From positions 620 to 64,619 of the forward strand of contig JAFWJU010000054.1 of the NCBI GenBank assembly GCA_017511465.1: a stretch of DNA of 64,000 bases, written 5' to 3'. Each line of letters starts with the position of its first letter. Position 1 is the stretch's first letter. Made by a program: the position numbers and the translations under genes. Shown one piece after another: positions 1 through 10,113 of this stretch. The notes under the pieces were generated by a model. The model was not told the DNA's origin, ran no database searches, and saw only the letters and a program-made list of their open reading frames with translations. This DNA is from Eggerthellaceae bacterium. GTDB lineage: Bacteria > Actinomycetota > Coriobacteriia > Coriobacteriales > Eggerthellaceae.

Positions 1-329
1 GCATGGAGGTGCGCGCTGCCGAGGTACTGCAGTCAATCGACATCATCAAGGAACTTGCGGCCAAGATTCCCCAGGGCGACATCGCCGTTCCCGTGAAGGG
101 CGCGCCCGCTATCGGATCCGAGGCGTGCAACGTCGTGGAGCAGCCGCGTGGCGAATGCTACTACTTCGCCAAGGGCAACGGGACGAAGTACCTCGACCGC
201 ATGCGCATGCGCACCCCGACCTCGCAGAACCTCGCGGGCATGGCAGTTGCCCTGAAGGGCTGCGATGTCGCGGATGTAAACATGATCGTGCTGACAATCG
301 ACCCCTGCATCAGCTGCACGGAAAGGTAA
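1..329 (+). CDS. [NiFe] hydrogenase large subunit, group 4 (Ech/Hyc/Mbh-type), C-terminal fragment; 5' end lies outside the window
   Basis: The ORF is open to the window edge. It ends ...LTIDPCISCTER, the C-terminal DPCxxC Ni-Fe ligand motif of NuoD-like hydrogenase large subunits. A 2x[4Fe-4S] subunit gene starts 4 nt downstream. Confidence 0.75.
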   Translation, partial: MEVRAAEVLQSIDIIKELAAKIPQGDIAVPVKGAPAIGSEACNVVEQPRGECYYFAKGNGTKYLDRMRMRTPTSQNLAGMAVALKGCDVADVNMIVLTIDPCISCTER

Positions 330-333
330 TGCC

Positions 334-861
334 ATGGGAGCGTTCAAACTGGGGAAAATGACCTTCGGGTCGCTGTTCAAAGAACCCGAGACGGTGAAGT
401 ATCCGTTCGAGACGAAGCCGCAGCCCATGGGGCTGAAGGGCCATATCGAAATCGACGCGCCCAACTGCATCCTGTGCGGCATGTGCGAGCGCTCGTGCGC
501 GACGAACTGCATCGCCGTCGACAAACAGGAGCGCACCTGGTCCATCGATCGACTGCAGTGCGTGCAATGCGGCTACTGCATAACGGTGTGCCCGAAGAAA
601 TGCCTGTCGATGAATCCGAACTATGCGCCTGCAACGACGGTCCACGAACCCGACGTCGTCAAGATTACCGACAAGGAAGAGGCAAACGTCGAGAAGGCCG
701 AGAACGAGCCCATCGAGAAAGCGGCCGAGCCGCAAGAGCAGAAAGCTGCCGAACCTGCTGCAGAAGAAGCTAAGGCATCCGCCATCGATGGTCAGTTGGC
801 TGCGCTGATCGGGCTGATGGACCCCGACAAGGCCGAGAAAGTGAAAGACGCGCTCTCGTAG
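334..861 (+). CDS. 2x[4Fe-4S] ferredoxin-type hydrogenase subunit (HycF/EchF/NuoI-like) with an acidic low-complexity C-terminal tail
   Basis: Two CxxCxxCxxxC(P) motifs are present (CILCGMCERSCATNC and CVQCGYCITVCPKKC). The gene is tightly linked to the hydrogenase large subunit. The tail is E/A/K/P-rich (KEEANVEKAENEPIEKAAEPQEQKAAEPAAEEAK). Confidence 0.8.
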   Translation: MGAFKLGKMTFGSLFKEPETVKYPFETKPQPMGLKGHIEIDAPNCILCGMCERSCATNCIAVDKQERTWSIDRLQCVQCGYCITVCPKKCLSMNPNYAPATTVHEPDVVKITDKEEANVEKAENEPIEKAAEPQEQKAAEPAAEEAKASAIDGQLAALIGLMDPDKAEKVKDALS

Positions 862-919
862 ATGACGAAGGGATGAGGTGCGAAGCCGCGCATAGTGTCG
901 CATCTTCCGTTCTGATACA

Positions 920-1633
920 ATGAAGCGAACCGGAACCGGGCGTATGCCCGGTTCTCATTGTGAAGTCGAAGGACAGGTAGTGGCCGAGGAAAAGCAGCAG
1001 GAAACGCAGGCCGCTGAAGAGGTAACCGATAAGGTTCTCACAGCCGCGAACGTTATCTCGTTCATCCGCTTGTGCATGGCGCCCGTCGCCTTGGGCTTGC
1101 TGTTGTCCGGCCAAGACATCGCGGCCACCGTGCTGTTTGCGGTATCGGCTGCCACGGATTTCGTCGACGGACAGGTTGCGCGCCGAACCCATACCGTTTC
1201 GAAAGTGGGCCAGCTCCTCGATCCTGCAGTCGACCGACTGCTCATGATATGCGGCGTTGTGGGCTTGCTCGCAATCGGGCGTTTGCCCGTGTGGATAGTC
1301 GTCGTCGTCCTGGCGCGAGACGTGTTCTTGTTGGTAATGGGAGCATGGCTTTTGCGCGAACATGGCATCAGGGTGCCGGTCGTGTATCCGGGCAAGGTGG
1401 CGACGACGCTTCTGTTCGTCGGCTTCGCGGGCATGATGCTGAACATGCCTCAAATCTCAGGTCTCGGCATCTGCGATTTCGCCTGGTTACCAGGTTTCAA
1501 TTCGGTGTCATGTTCTTGGGGTATCTGGTGTATTTACATCGGGTTGTGTCTCGCGTTGGGCACAACCGTATATTATGTATTGGTTGCACACAGAAAGCTG
1601 AAGGAAGCACTCGCTGCGAAGAATAATGGCTAA
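920..1633 (+). CDS. CDP-alcohol phosphatidyltransferase family protein (PgsA-like paralogue 1)
   Basis: Motif DGx2ARx8Gx3Dx3D is seen as DGQVARRTHTVSKVGQLLDPAVD. The protein is multi-TM and hydrophobic. The start is uncertain (ATG at 920 or 944). Confidence 0.8.
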   Translation: MKRTGTGRMPGSHCEVEGQVVAEEKQQETQAAEEVTDKVLTAANVISFIRLCMAPVALGLLLSGQDIAATVLFAVSAATDFVDGQVARRTHTVSKVGQLLDPAVDRLLMICGVVGLLAIGRLPVWIVVVVLARDVFLLVMGAWLLREHGIRVPVVYPGKVATTLLFVGFAGMMLNMPQISGLGICDFAWLPGFNSVSCSWGIWCIYIGLCLALGTTVYYVLVAHRKLKEALAAKNNG

Positions 1634-3896
1634 CGACGAAAAGGCATACAACGGTAACACCGGACGATCTTCGGGAACGCGTCGACCATCCGCACGGAAG
1701 TCGACCACGCGTCGTACGTCGTCGTCGGGCAGCGCTTCGAAATCTTCGGCAAATGCTCCCAAGCGCAAGGCATCGCACGCTGCGCAACAGCCCAAAACAC
1801 GGAAGTCGAGCCAATCGAAATCAAGCAACGCGAACAAACGCGGCGCTGCCCGCGTGAATTCGAAAGCCGCTACGCGCAAGCAAAGCAAAGGTTCGGGTGT
1901 TGATTTCGGCAAAGCCGGAAGCACGATAGCCAGTGGGCTGGGCAAGGGCTTCAATGCCATCTTCTCGAGCAAGAAGCTGATGATCGCCACCTTCGTCATC
2001 GTAATCTTGCTTGTCGGCGGCATCGCCGACACGGTTGCCAACATGGGCAAAACATACGGAAACGTGTACGTTGCCGGCGTCGACGTCGGCGGCATGAAAC
2101 CCGAGGAAGTCGACGCCAAGCTGCGCGACGAGCTTGCAACTGACGTGACGCATGCGCAGGTGAAGATATACGCCTCCGAAGATGCCCAGCGCATCGCAAG
2201 CGGTGACATGACCGAGGAGGAGCGCGTGAAGCAAATCGAGAAGATTGCCCAAGCAGAGCAAATCTCGGTCGAAGAGGCTACGGCCAATGTCCAATCATGG
2301 ACGACCGACGCGCTCACGCTGCATGCCGAAGTGCCCTACGAGCAACTCGTCGAAGATGCGATGGCCGTCGGACGCTCGAACGGCTTCATCTTCTCGCGGC
2401 TGGGTCTGTTCTTCATGAAGAACGAGGTGCCCGTTAACCTGTCGTACGACGAATCGGCAATCGAATCGCTCGCATCGGACATCGACAACACCGTCGGCGA
2501 TGCGCGCGTCGACGCAACCGTGTCCATAGCCGACGGCGAGGCTACTCCCGTCCAAGGGCACGATGGCCGCATGGTCGACAGGGATTGGCTGAAGGGCCAA
2601 TTGTCGACAGCGCTGTCTTCGGGCGAGGAATTCCCCGGGTTCATCGCCCAGGTAACCGACGCGCCATCGCGGATAACGTATGCCGAAGCCGAGAAGACGA
2701 GCGATGCCGTGAACAGGGCCCTTCAAGCGGGTGCGGTCTTCTCGTACGAAGGGGCGAATTGGACGGTTGACGCCTCGGAAATCGGGTCGTGGACGCGTGT
2801 CGAGACCGTGAAGAACGATGACGGTTCGTATGCGCTCAACGTGCAGATCGACGAGGCTTCGGCAATTCCCTCCGTCGTCGCGGGTGCCGGTGCCGCCGTC
2901 AAGTCCGAGGACATCATGGTCAGGTTCGCAAGGGCCGAGGACGGCACGATCATCGTTCGCACGCTTGGAACCGGCAACATCCCCGAAGTGACGCCCGCCA
3001 TCGCAGAGTTGAGCGAAGCGCTGTATGGCGCCAACGGCGTTGCGTGGAGCGGAAACATATCGAACGATCCCGTGCGCATCGACATCCAGGAAACCGATGC
3101 GCCCGTCGCGTTGACGCTTGACCAGGCAATTGAATCTGGAATCGTCACCGTCATCGGCGAGTACACGACCGAGTTCTCGAACGACGAGGGCACCGAGAAC
3201 CGCAACCACAACATCAAGTTGGCTGCCGACATACTGGATAACGGCATCATCCACGCCAACGGCGGCTCATGGCATTTCAACGACCGTTCGGGCGACACGA
3301 ACGAGGCAGCCGGCTTCTGGATGGCGGGTTCCATCATCCAGGGCGAGTATGTCGACTCCGTCGGCGGCGGCATTTGCCAAGTGGCCACGACCGTGTTCAA
3401 CGCCGTGTTCGAAGCCGGCCTTCCCATCGACATGCGATTCCCGCATCAGCTGTACATCGCCAGCTATCCCAACGGCCGCGATGCCGCCGTCAGCTATCCC
3501 GACCTCGACTTGTGGTGGACCAACGACCTGACGAGCGATGTGCTGCTCGACATGTCGTATACAGATACCACCATCACGGCCAAACTGTACAGCGTGTACA
3601 CGGGCCGCTACATCGAGTGGTCCGAATCCGAGTTCACCAAGGGCGCGGATTACGGAGTCAAGTTCGAGGAAGACCCCGATTTCGCGAAAGACGTCTGGTA
3701 CACCAAGACGACGGGCGTCGATGGCAGCAGCATCACCGTGTACCGCACGGTGAAGGACGAATCGGGCGAAGTCTTGTCTGACCAGGTTTTCGAATCGACT
3801 TACGATGCCAAGGACGCGGTTGTGGTAGTTGGTCCGGGAAGCGACACGAAGAAGATCGAGGAAGAGGTCAAGGCTTCCAATTCCGGTTGGGACTAA
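1626..3896 (+). CDS. VanW/YoaR-like family protein with a basic N-terminus and one TM segment
   Basis: VanW-domain signature GGGICQVATTVFNAVFEAGLPI is present. The N-terminal region is basic and S/K/R-rich, followed by a TM segment (LMIATFVIVILLVGGIA). It overlaps the upstream gene by 8 nt. Confidence 0.8.
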   Translation: MANDEKAYNGNTGRSSGTRRPSARKSTTRRTSSSGSASKSSANAPKRKASHAAQQPKTRKSSQSKSSNANKRGAARVNSKAATRKQSKGSGVDFGKAGSTIASGLGKGFNAIFSSKKLMIATFVIVILLVGGIADTVANMGKTYGNVYVAGVDVGGMKPEEVDAKLRDELATDVTHAQVKIYASEDAQRIASGDMTEEERVKQIEKIAQAEQISVEEATANVQSWTTDALTLHAEVPYEQLVEDAMAVGRSNGFIFSRLGLFFMKNEVPVNLSYDESAIESLASDIDNTVGDARVDATVSIADGEATPVQGHDGRMVDRDWLKGQLSTALSSGEEFPGFIAQVTDAPSRITYAEAEKTSDAVNRALQAGAVFSYEGANWTVDASEIGSWTRVETVKNDDGSYALNVQIDEASAIPSVVAGAGAAVKSEDIMVRFARAEDGTIIVRTLGTGNIPEVTPAIAELSEALYGANGVAWSGNISNDPVRIDIQETDAPVALTLDQAIESGIVTVIGEYTTEFSNDEGTENRNHNIKLAADILDNGIIHANGGSWHFNDRSGDTNEAAGFWMAGSIIQGEYVDSVGGGICQVATTVFNAVFEAGLPIDMRFPHQLYIASYPNGRDAAVSYPDLDLWWTNDLTSDVLLDMSYTDTTITAKLYSVYTGRYIEWSESEFTKGADYGVKFEEDPDFAKDVWYTKTTGVDGSSITVYRTVKDESGEVLSDQVFESTYDAKDAVVVVGPGSDTKKIEEEVKASNSGWD

Positions 3897-3914
3897 ACAG
3901 GCGCATGTAACGGG

Positions 3915-5303
3915 GTGCAACGTTTGATTATCGCAACACGCAAACTTGTTTCCGCGATTGCAGCCGTAGCTATCGCCGCGGTTGCGTTTTGTTGCGTATG
4001 GGCCCCGCAAGATGCGCATGCGGAAGTGAGGAAGGCCGACGTCATCGCTGGCGTGTCGGTCGAGGACCGCGGTCTCACCATCGCGGAGTGCCCGTCAATC
4101 GACGCCGAATACGCGGTGCTCGTCGACCAAGACGGCACTGTGTACTTCGGCCGCAATGCGGACGATTCTTCCCGAATCGCATCTATCACCAAGGTCATGA
4201 CGGCGATCGTCGCAATCGAAAACGCCCCTGACGGTTTGTTCATCGCAGTGAGCGAAGGCGCTGCCGAAGTGGGCGAATCGAGCGCGAACCTGCAACAAGG
4301 CGATGTGATGGACCTTGATGCCGCGCTGAAGGCGCTGCTTGTGCCATCTGGCAACGATGCGGCCGTTGCACTTGCAGAATCCGTTGGCGCTTCGATGATC
4401 GCCGCCGATCCTTCACTGGGCAACGATCCCATGACGGTGTTCGTCGATGCCATGAACAAGAAGGCGGAAGAACTCGGCTGCACGAACACCATCTACGAGA
4501 ATCCCCATGGGCTCGACCATGAACAATATGACGGCCAGCTTCATAGTTCGGCTGCCGACCAGGCGAAAGTCGCCCAATACGCCATGCAAAACCCGCAAAT
4601 CCGCGAGATCGTAGGCGGAGGCTCGACAACCATCATGGTTGACCGCGATGGCTCGAGAGTCGAAGTCGAACTCGAAACGACCGATGAGCTGCTTGACATG
4701 TACGAATACGCCATCGGCATCAAGACGGGTGTGACGGATTCGGCGGGGCCGTCGTTCATGGGCGCGGCTTCAAAAGAGGGGCGCGAGTTGTACGCTGTCG
4801 TTTTGGGGTCGAGCGACGAGGCGCAGCGTTTCGTCGACACGAAGAGGCTGTTCGAATGGGCTTACGACCATTGCCTGCAATTGAATCTGGCCAATTCTTC
4901 GGAATGGTCGACCATGAGCATCGATGGCGCGAACCGCGATGTGCCGGTCATCGTCGAAGTATCGCATGCCGATTGGATTGACCGCACCGTTCCCGCGACC
5001 TTTTCGGATCCATCGGCCGTTGTCGAGGTGTTCGACTTCGAAGGCAATGTGAGCCAGTCGCTATCGTTTGAAGAATTGCACGGCACGATTCACGAAGGCG
5101 ATAAGGTGGGCACGGTCGTATTCAAGCAGCGAAACCAGGTTATCGCCGAGCAAGACCTCATCGCATGCGACACCGTCGAAGGCCCCAATCCCATCGATAC
5201 CATTGCCATTTGGTGGCAACGCGTGACGACGGGGGCCACGAGCGCCGATACGCAAGTTTACAATGTGATGCCCATCATCAACAACAACAAGGCTGCCGCA
5301 TAA
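3915..5303 (+). CDS. D-alanyl-D-alanine carboxypeptidase (serine peptidase S11, PBP5-type)
   Basis: A signal peptide is present. The SxxK (ASITK), SxN (PSGND) and KTG (IKTGVT) active-site triad motifs are in the correct order. The start codon is GTG. Confidence 0.85.
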   Translation: MQRLIIATRKLVSAIAAVAIAAVAFCCVWAPQDAHAEVRKADVIAGVSVEDRGLTIAECPSIDAEYAVLVDQDGTVYFGRNADDSSRIASITKVMTAIVAIENAPDGLFIAVSEGAAEVGESSANLQQGDVMDLDAALKALLVPSGNDAAVALAESVGASMIAADPSLGNDPMTVFVDAMNKKAEELGCTNTIYENPHGLDHEQYDGQLHSSAADQAKVAQYAMQNPQIREIVGGGSTTIMVDRDGSRVEVELETTDELLDMYEYAIGIKTGVTDSAGPSFMGAASKEGRELYAVVLGSSDEAQRFVDTKRLFEWAYDHCLQLNLANSSEWSTMSIDGANRDVPVIVEVSHADWIDRTVPATFSDPSAVVEVFDFEGNVSQSLSFEELHGTIHEGDKVGTVVFKQRNQVIAEQDLIACDTVEGPNPIDTIAIWWQRVTTGATSADTQVYNVMPIINNNKAAA

Positions 5304-5331
5304 CAGCCGTGTTTTTGAAAAGAGGTTTGCC

Positions 5332-5781
5332 ATGACGAGTGTTTGCCCGATTTGCAATAGCCAGTTGGAAGACGGAGTCCGCATCTGCCCCATGTGCGGA
5401 TATCACGTGCTTGACACAACGCAGAGCTTCGCGCCGGTGAAGATGGACGAGGCGAGTGTGGCCAAGGAGGTCATCGCTCCCGTTAAACAGCATTTCGACC
5501 TGAAGGTCGTGCGCGGTCCCCAGACGGGAATCGACATTGCGCTGCACGAAGGCAAGATGAGCATGGGTCGCGATCCCCGCTGCGACATCTTCCTCAACGA
5601 CATGACCGTGTCACGCAACCATGCCGAGCTCGAGGTTCGCAAAGACGGGTGCATCCTGCGCGACAACAACTCGTATAACGGTATTTGGGTGAACGACCGC
5701 TCGGTTGAAACATGCCTTTTGAAATCAGGCGATCTTATCCAAATCGGGGCATTCTGCCTGCTGTACCGCGAGCGCGCATAG
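5332..5781 (+). CDS. zinc-ribbon plus FHA domain protein
   Basis: The N-terminus has CPICN...CPMCG (a Cys4 ribbon). The C-terminal FHA signature is MGRDPRCDIFLNDMTVSRNHAEL...NGIWVN. Confidence 0.85.
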   Translation: MTSVCPICNSQLEDGVRICPMCGYHVLDTTQSFAPVKMDEASVAKEVIAPVKQHFDLKVVRGPQTGIDIALHEGKMSMGRDPRCDIFLNDMTVSRNHAELEVRKDGCILRDNNSYNGIWVNDRSVETCLLKSGDLIQIGAFCLLYRERA

Positions 5782-5811
5782 CGCCCTAACGCTTTGAAAG
5801 AGGGGGAAACC

Positions 5812-7572
5812 ATGGAATTGATGTCGGGTAATGAGGCTATTGCCCGCGGTGCTTGGGAGGCGGGTGCCACCATCGGCGTGGCGTATCCGGGCACTCCCTC
5901 GACCGAGACGATGGAGTCGTTCGCACGTTACGAGGGTGTCTATGCAGAGTGGTGCACTAACGAGAAGGTCGCCGTCGAAGTTGGCGTCGGTGCCTCTGCT
6001 GCAGGCGCTCGTGTGCTGGCCACCATGAAGCACGTGGGCGTGAATGTAGCCGCCGATCCGTTGCTCACTGCGGCTTACACTGGCGTGAACGGCGGTTTTG
6101 TCATTTTGGCAGCCGACGATCCTGGCATGTACTCGTCCCAAAACGAGCAGGACTCCCATTTTTACGCCCTTGCCGCGCATATCCCATCGCTCGATCCTTC
6201 CGATTCGGCCGAGGCGCTCGAGTTTGCGCGTGAAGCATACGAGATTTCCGAACGTTTCGACGTTCCCGTCATGATTCGCTCAACCGTGCGCGTGTCGCAC
6301 ACGAAAACCCCTGTCGAAGTGGGGGAGAAGCTCGATTACGAGCAGAAAGCCTATGAAAAGGACCCTGCAAAGTGGGTCATGATGCCCGCGTTTGCAAAAC
6401 CGCGCCGGAAGGCGCAGCTCGCCCGCGACGCAAAACTGCGCGAGTGGGTGGAAGGTTGCCCGTTCAACCAAGTGGAGCATAAAGGGACTGCCGTGGGCGT
6501 CATCTGCGCCGGTGCCGCCTATCAGCACGTCGTGGATGCCCTGCCCGAAGCATCGATTCTCAAGCTTGGCGTCACATGGCCCCTGCCGCAGAAGTTGGTC
6601 GCCGATTTCGCCGCCTCGGTTGATGACCTGTACGTTGTCGAAGAAGGCTCGGAATACCTGACCGGCCAAGTCAAGGAACTTGGCGTGAAGGTTTCGGATT
6701 TTCCTGCGCCGCTGCCAAAGGATGGCGAGCTGAGCCCGGGCTTGATCAAGCGCGCGTTTGGCATCGAGGTACCGGCTCATGACGAGGCTCCTGACGATGT
6801 GCCTGGCCGTCCGCCCGCGCTGTGCGCCGGGTGCCCGCATCGACTGGTGTTCAAGGAGCTGTCCCGCATCAAGGCCATCGTCACAGGCGATATCGGCTGC
6901 TACACGCTGGGAACGCTTCCGCCCTTGTCTTCGATGGACACCTGCATCGACATGGGTGCATCGGTATCGATGTCGCATGGTTTCGAGCTGGCGCTTGCGG
7001 GGACCGACCATCGTCCCGTCGTGGCCGTGATCGGCGATTCCACGTTCGGGCATTCGGGCTTGTCCTCGCTCATCACGACCGTGTACAACCGCGGTGCCGG
7101 CACGGTGTGCATCCTCGATAACCGCACGACTGCCATGACGGGCAGGCAGGGCAACCCCTTCAACGGCGTGACGTTGCAGAACCGCCCGAGCCGCGAGCTG
7201 GATTTGGTAGGCGTGCTCGAGGCGCTTGGCATAGAGCATGTCACTCAGGTGAACCCGCACGATATGAAGGCCGTGCGCAGCGCCATCAAGACCGCGACGA
7301 AGGAGCAAGCTGACGAGCTGTCGGTCATCGTGTTCAAGGCTCCCTGCGTGTTGCTGCATCGTGAGCGCAAGCCGTTCTTCTTCGTGAATGCCGACTGCCA
7401 CGCCTGCGGCGCATGCGCGACGCTCGGATGTCCCGCTATTTCCAAGGATGCTGAAACGGGCATTGCCGCCATCGACCCGATGCAGTGCATCGGCTGTGGC
7501 CAATGCGCCCAATACTGCGCGTTCGACGCCATAGAGCAGACGACGTCTTCGGCGAAGGGAGGTGCCCTATGA
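5812..7572 (+). CDS. iorA: indolepyruvate:ferredoxin oxidoreductase subunit alpha
   Basis: The N-terminus is typical (MELMSGNEAIARGAWEAG...GVAYPGTPSTE). A TPP-binding region (GDIGCYTLG...GDSTFGHSG) and two C-terminal 4Fe-4S motifs (CHACGACATLGCP, CIGCGQCAQYC) are present. SD AGAGGGGGA precedes the ATG. Confidence 0.9.
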   Translation: MELMSGNEAIARGAWEAGATIGVAYPGTPSTETMESFARYEGVYAEWCTNEKVAVEVGVGASAAGARVLATMKHVGVNVAADPLLTAAYTGVNGGFVILAADDPGMYSSQNEQDSHFYALAAHIPSLDPSDSAEALEFAREAYEISERFDVPVMIRSTVRVSHTKTPVEVGEKLDYEQKAYEKDPAKWVMMPAFAKPRRKAQLARDAKLREWVEGCPFNQVEHKGTAVGVICAGAAYQHVVDALPEASILKLGVTWPLPQKLVADFAASVDDLYVVEEGSEYLTGQVKELGVKVSDFPAPLPKDGELSPGLIKRAFGIEVPAHDEAPDDVPGRPPALCAGCPHRLVFKELSRIKAIVTGDIGCYTLGTLPPLSSMDTCIDMGASVSMSHGFELALAGTDHRPVVAVIGDSTFGHSGLSSLITTVYNRGAGTVCILDNRTTAMTGRQGNPFNGVTLQNRPSRELDLVGVLEALGIEHVTQVNPHDMKAVRSAIKTATKEQADELSVIVFKAPCVLLHRERKPFFFVNADCHACGACATLGCPAISKDAETGIAAIDPMQCIGCGQCAQYCAFDAIEQTTSSAKGGAL

Positions 7573-8150
7573 GTTCAGCCACGACCGTGTTGCTTTGCGG
7601 GGTAGGAGGACAGGGTACGATTCTCGCCGCCGACCTGCTCGCCCGTGCCGCTCTCGCTGCAGGAAACCAGGTGAAGGTGTCCGAGATCCATGGCATGGCA
7701 CAGCGTGGCGGTGCCGTGACGACGGTTGTGCGCTTCGGCGAGGACGTGTCGACGATGGTGGCCGACATCGGCGAAACCGACTGCATCGTGTCGTTCGAGA
7801 CGACCGAGGCCCTTCGAAACATCGCGTTCCTCAAAGAAGGCGGCTATTTGCTCGTCGCAGACGAGACCATCAAGCCGCTTCCCGTGGCCTGCGGGCGCGC
7901 GAGCATGCCCCACGATGCTCATGGGAAGCTGAATGCGCTTGGCGCCGTGCTGATTCCGGCGCATGACCTTGCCGTCGAGGCGGGAAATGCCAAATGCGAA
8001 AACGTCGCCATCCTCGGCGCACTTGAGTCTCGGCTCGGGTTTGGCGCTGACGTTTGGAAGCGCGTCATCGAGGGCCGTGTGCCGCCCAAGACCATAGAGG
8101 CCAATGTGAAAGCATTCGAGCTGGGCTTGGCGTTCGCCGATGGCCAATAG
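7569..8150 (+). CDS. iorB: indolepyruvate:ferredoxin oxidoreductase subunit beta
   Basis: An ATGA start/stop overlap links it to iorA. The N-terminal motif is LLCGVGGQGTILAADLL..., and HGMAQRGG is also present. Confidence 0.85.
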   Translation: MSSATTVLLCGVGGQGTILAADLLARAALAAGNQVKVSEIHGMAQRGGAVTTVVRFGEDVSTMVADIGETDCIVSFETTEALRNIAFLKEGGYLLVADETIKPLPVACGRASMPHDAHGKLNALGAVLIPAHDLAVEAGNAKCENVAILGALESRLGFGADVWKRVIEGRVPPKTIEANVKAFELGLAFADGQ

Positions 8151-9069
8151 GGACGTAGTCGGGCGTTTTGCACCTAGCCCCACGGGGCGCATGCACGCGG
8201 GCAACATCTTTGCCGCGCTCGTTTCGTGGCTTTTGGTGAAATCGCAGGACGGCCGCATGGTCCTGCGAATCGAGGACCTGGACATCGAGCGGTCGAAGGC
8301 GACTTTCATCGATCAAGTCCAGCGCGATTTCGAGGCGCTTGGCCTGACGTGGGACGAGGGCCCGTATTTCCAGGCGAACCGCGATGAAGCTTATCGTTCG
8401 GCATATGAATCGCTCGAAGCGCGGGGTCTGGTGTATCCGTGTTTCTGCACTCGGGCCGATTTGCATGCGGCATCGGCTCCGCACAGGGGCGAAAAGCTCG
8501 TGTATGCGGGAACATGCCGCAATCTAACGGATGACGAGGTGCAAGCGCGCCTTGCCAAGCACAAGCCCTCGTTCAGGCTGCGCGTGACCGACGACGAGTA
8601 CAGCCTTGTCGACCTCATCCAAGGTCCATACTTGCAGAATCTAGAGGCGGATTGCGGCGATTTCGTCATACGGCGCTCTGACGGGTTGTTCGCCTACCAG
8701 CTGGCCGTTGTCGTTGACGATGGCGAGCAAGGCGTCAACTGCATCGTGCGCGGCATGGACTTGCTCTGCTCGACTCCGCAGCAAATGTACCTGCAGGATT
8801 TGCTTGGCTTGGGGCATTGCACGTACGCGCATGTTCCTCTGATAGTGGGCGAGCGCGATCGCCGCCTGTCCAAGCGGGACCGCGATGCGTCGCTTGACAA
8901 GCTGTTGGAAACATACAAGACACCCGAGGCGATCATCGGGCATATCGCTGGAATCACGGGTCTTGCCGAAACGGGAGACCCCGTTTCGTGCGAGGAATTG
9001 CTCGCGCATTTCCGCGAGCTGGACCTTTCCTCGGCGTTTCCCGACCTCGTGCAAATACAATGGCGATAA
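8140..9069 (+). CDS. gluQ: tRNA glutamyl-Q(34) synthetase (truncated GluRS paralogue)
   Basis: RFAPSPTGRMHAGN (HIGH-like) and RLSKRD (KMSKS-like) motifs are present. The roughly 309-aa length lacks an anticodon-binding domain, as in GluQRS. Confidence 0.85.
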   Translation: MANRDVVGRFAPSPTGRMHAGNIFAALVSWLLVKSQDGRMVLRIEDLDIERSKATFIDQVQRDFEALGLTWDEGPYFQANRDEAYRSAYESLEARGLVYPCFCTRADLHAASAPHRGEKLVYAGTCRNLTDDEVQARLAKHKPSFRLRVTDDEYSLVDLIQGPYLQNLEADCGDFVIRRSDGLFAYQLAVVVDDGEQGVNCIVRGMDLLCSTPQQMYLQDLLGLGHCTYAHVPLIVGERDRRLSKRDRDASLDKLLETYKTPEAIIGHIAGITGLAETGDPVSCEELLAHFRELDLSSAFPDLVQIQWR

Positions 9070-9101
9070 GGGCCGATAAAGATTGAGGGTAGAGAGACAA
9101 G

Positions 9102-10109
9102 ATGGACTACGATTACCTCCTTGCGTTACAGAACCTTCGCTATTCGCTCGGCCAAGGCATCGAGATTGTTTTCGTAACATATTCGGAAGCCGCACTGTAC
9201 GTGGGCTTGGTTCTTTGCGCAATCATCTACTGGTGCATTTCGAAACGAACGGGGCAGTTTGCGCTTCTGTGCTTCTCGGTTGGCAACTGGATCAACCAGC
9301 TTGTCAAGAACATCGCCTGCGTGTACCGCCCATGGATCGTCGATTCGCGGATCATGCCAGCGCCCGCGTCGCTTCCAGGCGCCACCGGTTACTCGTTTCC
9401 CAGCGGCCACACCGTCACGGCAGGCGTCACGTTTGGCGCGGTAGCCTGGTCTGTGCGCAAGAAGCTGCCGATTGTTGCCATCGTGCTCGTCGTGTTGGTG
9501 TTGATCGAGGCGTTTTCGCGTAACTATCTGGGCGTTCACACGCCTCAAGATGTTCTGGTCGGCCTTCTCGAAGCCGCCGTTGTCGTCATCTTGGGTTCGT
9601 ATTTGTATTCCCGGTACGAGGCGTATTGCGAACGAACGAAGAGCGAGACGCCATCGAAGGGCTCACGTAGCGACGCCATTGTCGTCCTCGTCGTACTCGC
9701 GCTGTGCATAGCGGGTTTGGTCTTCGTGGAGGTTAAAGCGTATCCGATGGATTACGTCGAAGGTGCATTGCAGGTTGATCCCGAATTGATGAAGCGCGAT
9801 TGTTTCGAAGGCGTCGGGGTCATGGCGGGCATGTTCTTAGGATGGTATTGCGAGCGTCGATGGGTGAATTTCGGCATCGGTTCCGATGTCCGCTTGGCGG
9901 AGCGCATTGTCCGTGGCGTGGTGGGACTTGTGATAGTAGGTGCCCTGTTCTATGGGTTCGATATCGTTGTAAAGGCAGTGCTCGATCCTAATATGGCGAA
10001 GCTGACAAGCCGTCTGGTGCTGTCGTTCACTGCGATGTTCTTAGTACCGTTGACATTCAAGCCCCTGCATAGGGTTTTTGCTAAGGAAAACGTCGCAGAA
10101 CCCGCTTGA
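9102..10109 (+). CDS. PAP2-family (type 2 phosphatidic acid/undecaprenyl-PP) phosphatase, membrane protein
   Basis: All three PAP2 motifs are present: Kx6RP (KNIACVYRP), PSGH (FPSGHT) and SRx5Hx3D (SRNYLGVHTPQD). Confidence 0.8.
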   Translation: MDYDYLLALQNLRYSLGQGIEIVFVTYSEAALYVGLVLCAIIYWCISKRTGQFALLCFSVGNWINQLVKNIACVYRPWIVDSRIMPAPASLPGATGYSFPSGHTVTAGVTFGAVAWSVRKKLPIVAIVLVVLVLIEAFSRNYLGVHTPQDVLVGLLEAAVVVILGSYLYSRYEAYCERTKSETPSKGSRSDAIVVLVVLALCIAGLVFVEVKAYPMDYVEGALQVDPELMKRDCFEGVGVMAGMFLGWYCERRWVNFGIGSDVRLAERIVRGVVGLVIVGALFYGFDIVVKAVLDPNMAKLTSRLVLSFTAMFLVPLTFKPLHRVFAKENVAEPA

Positions 10110-10113
10110 TGCT

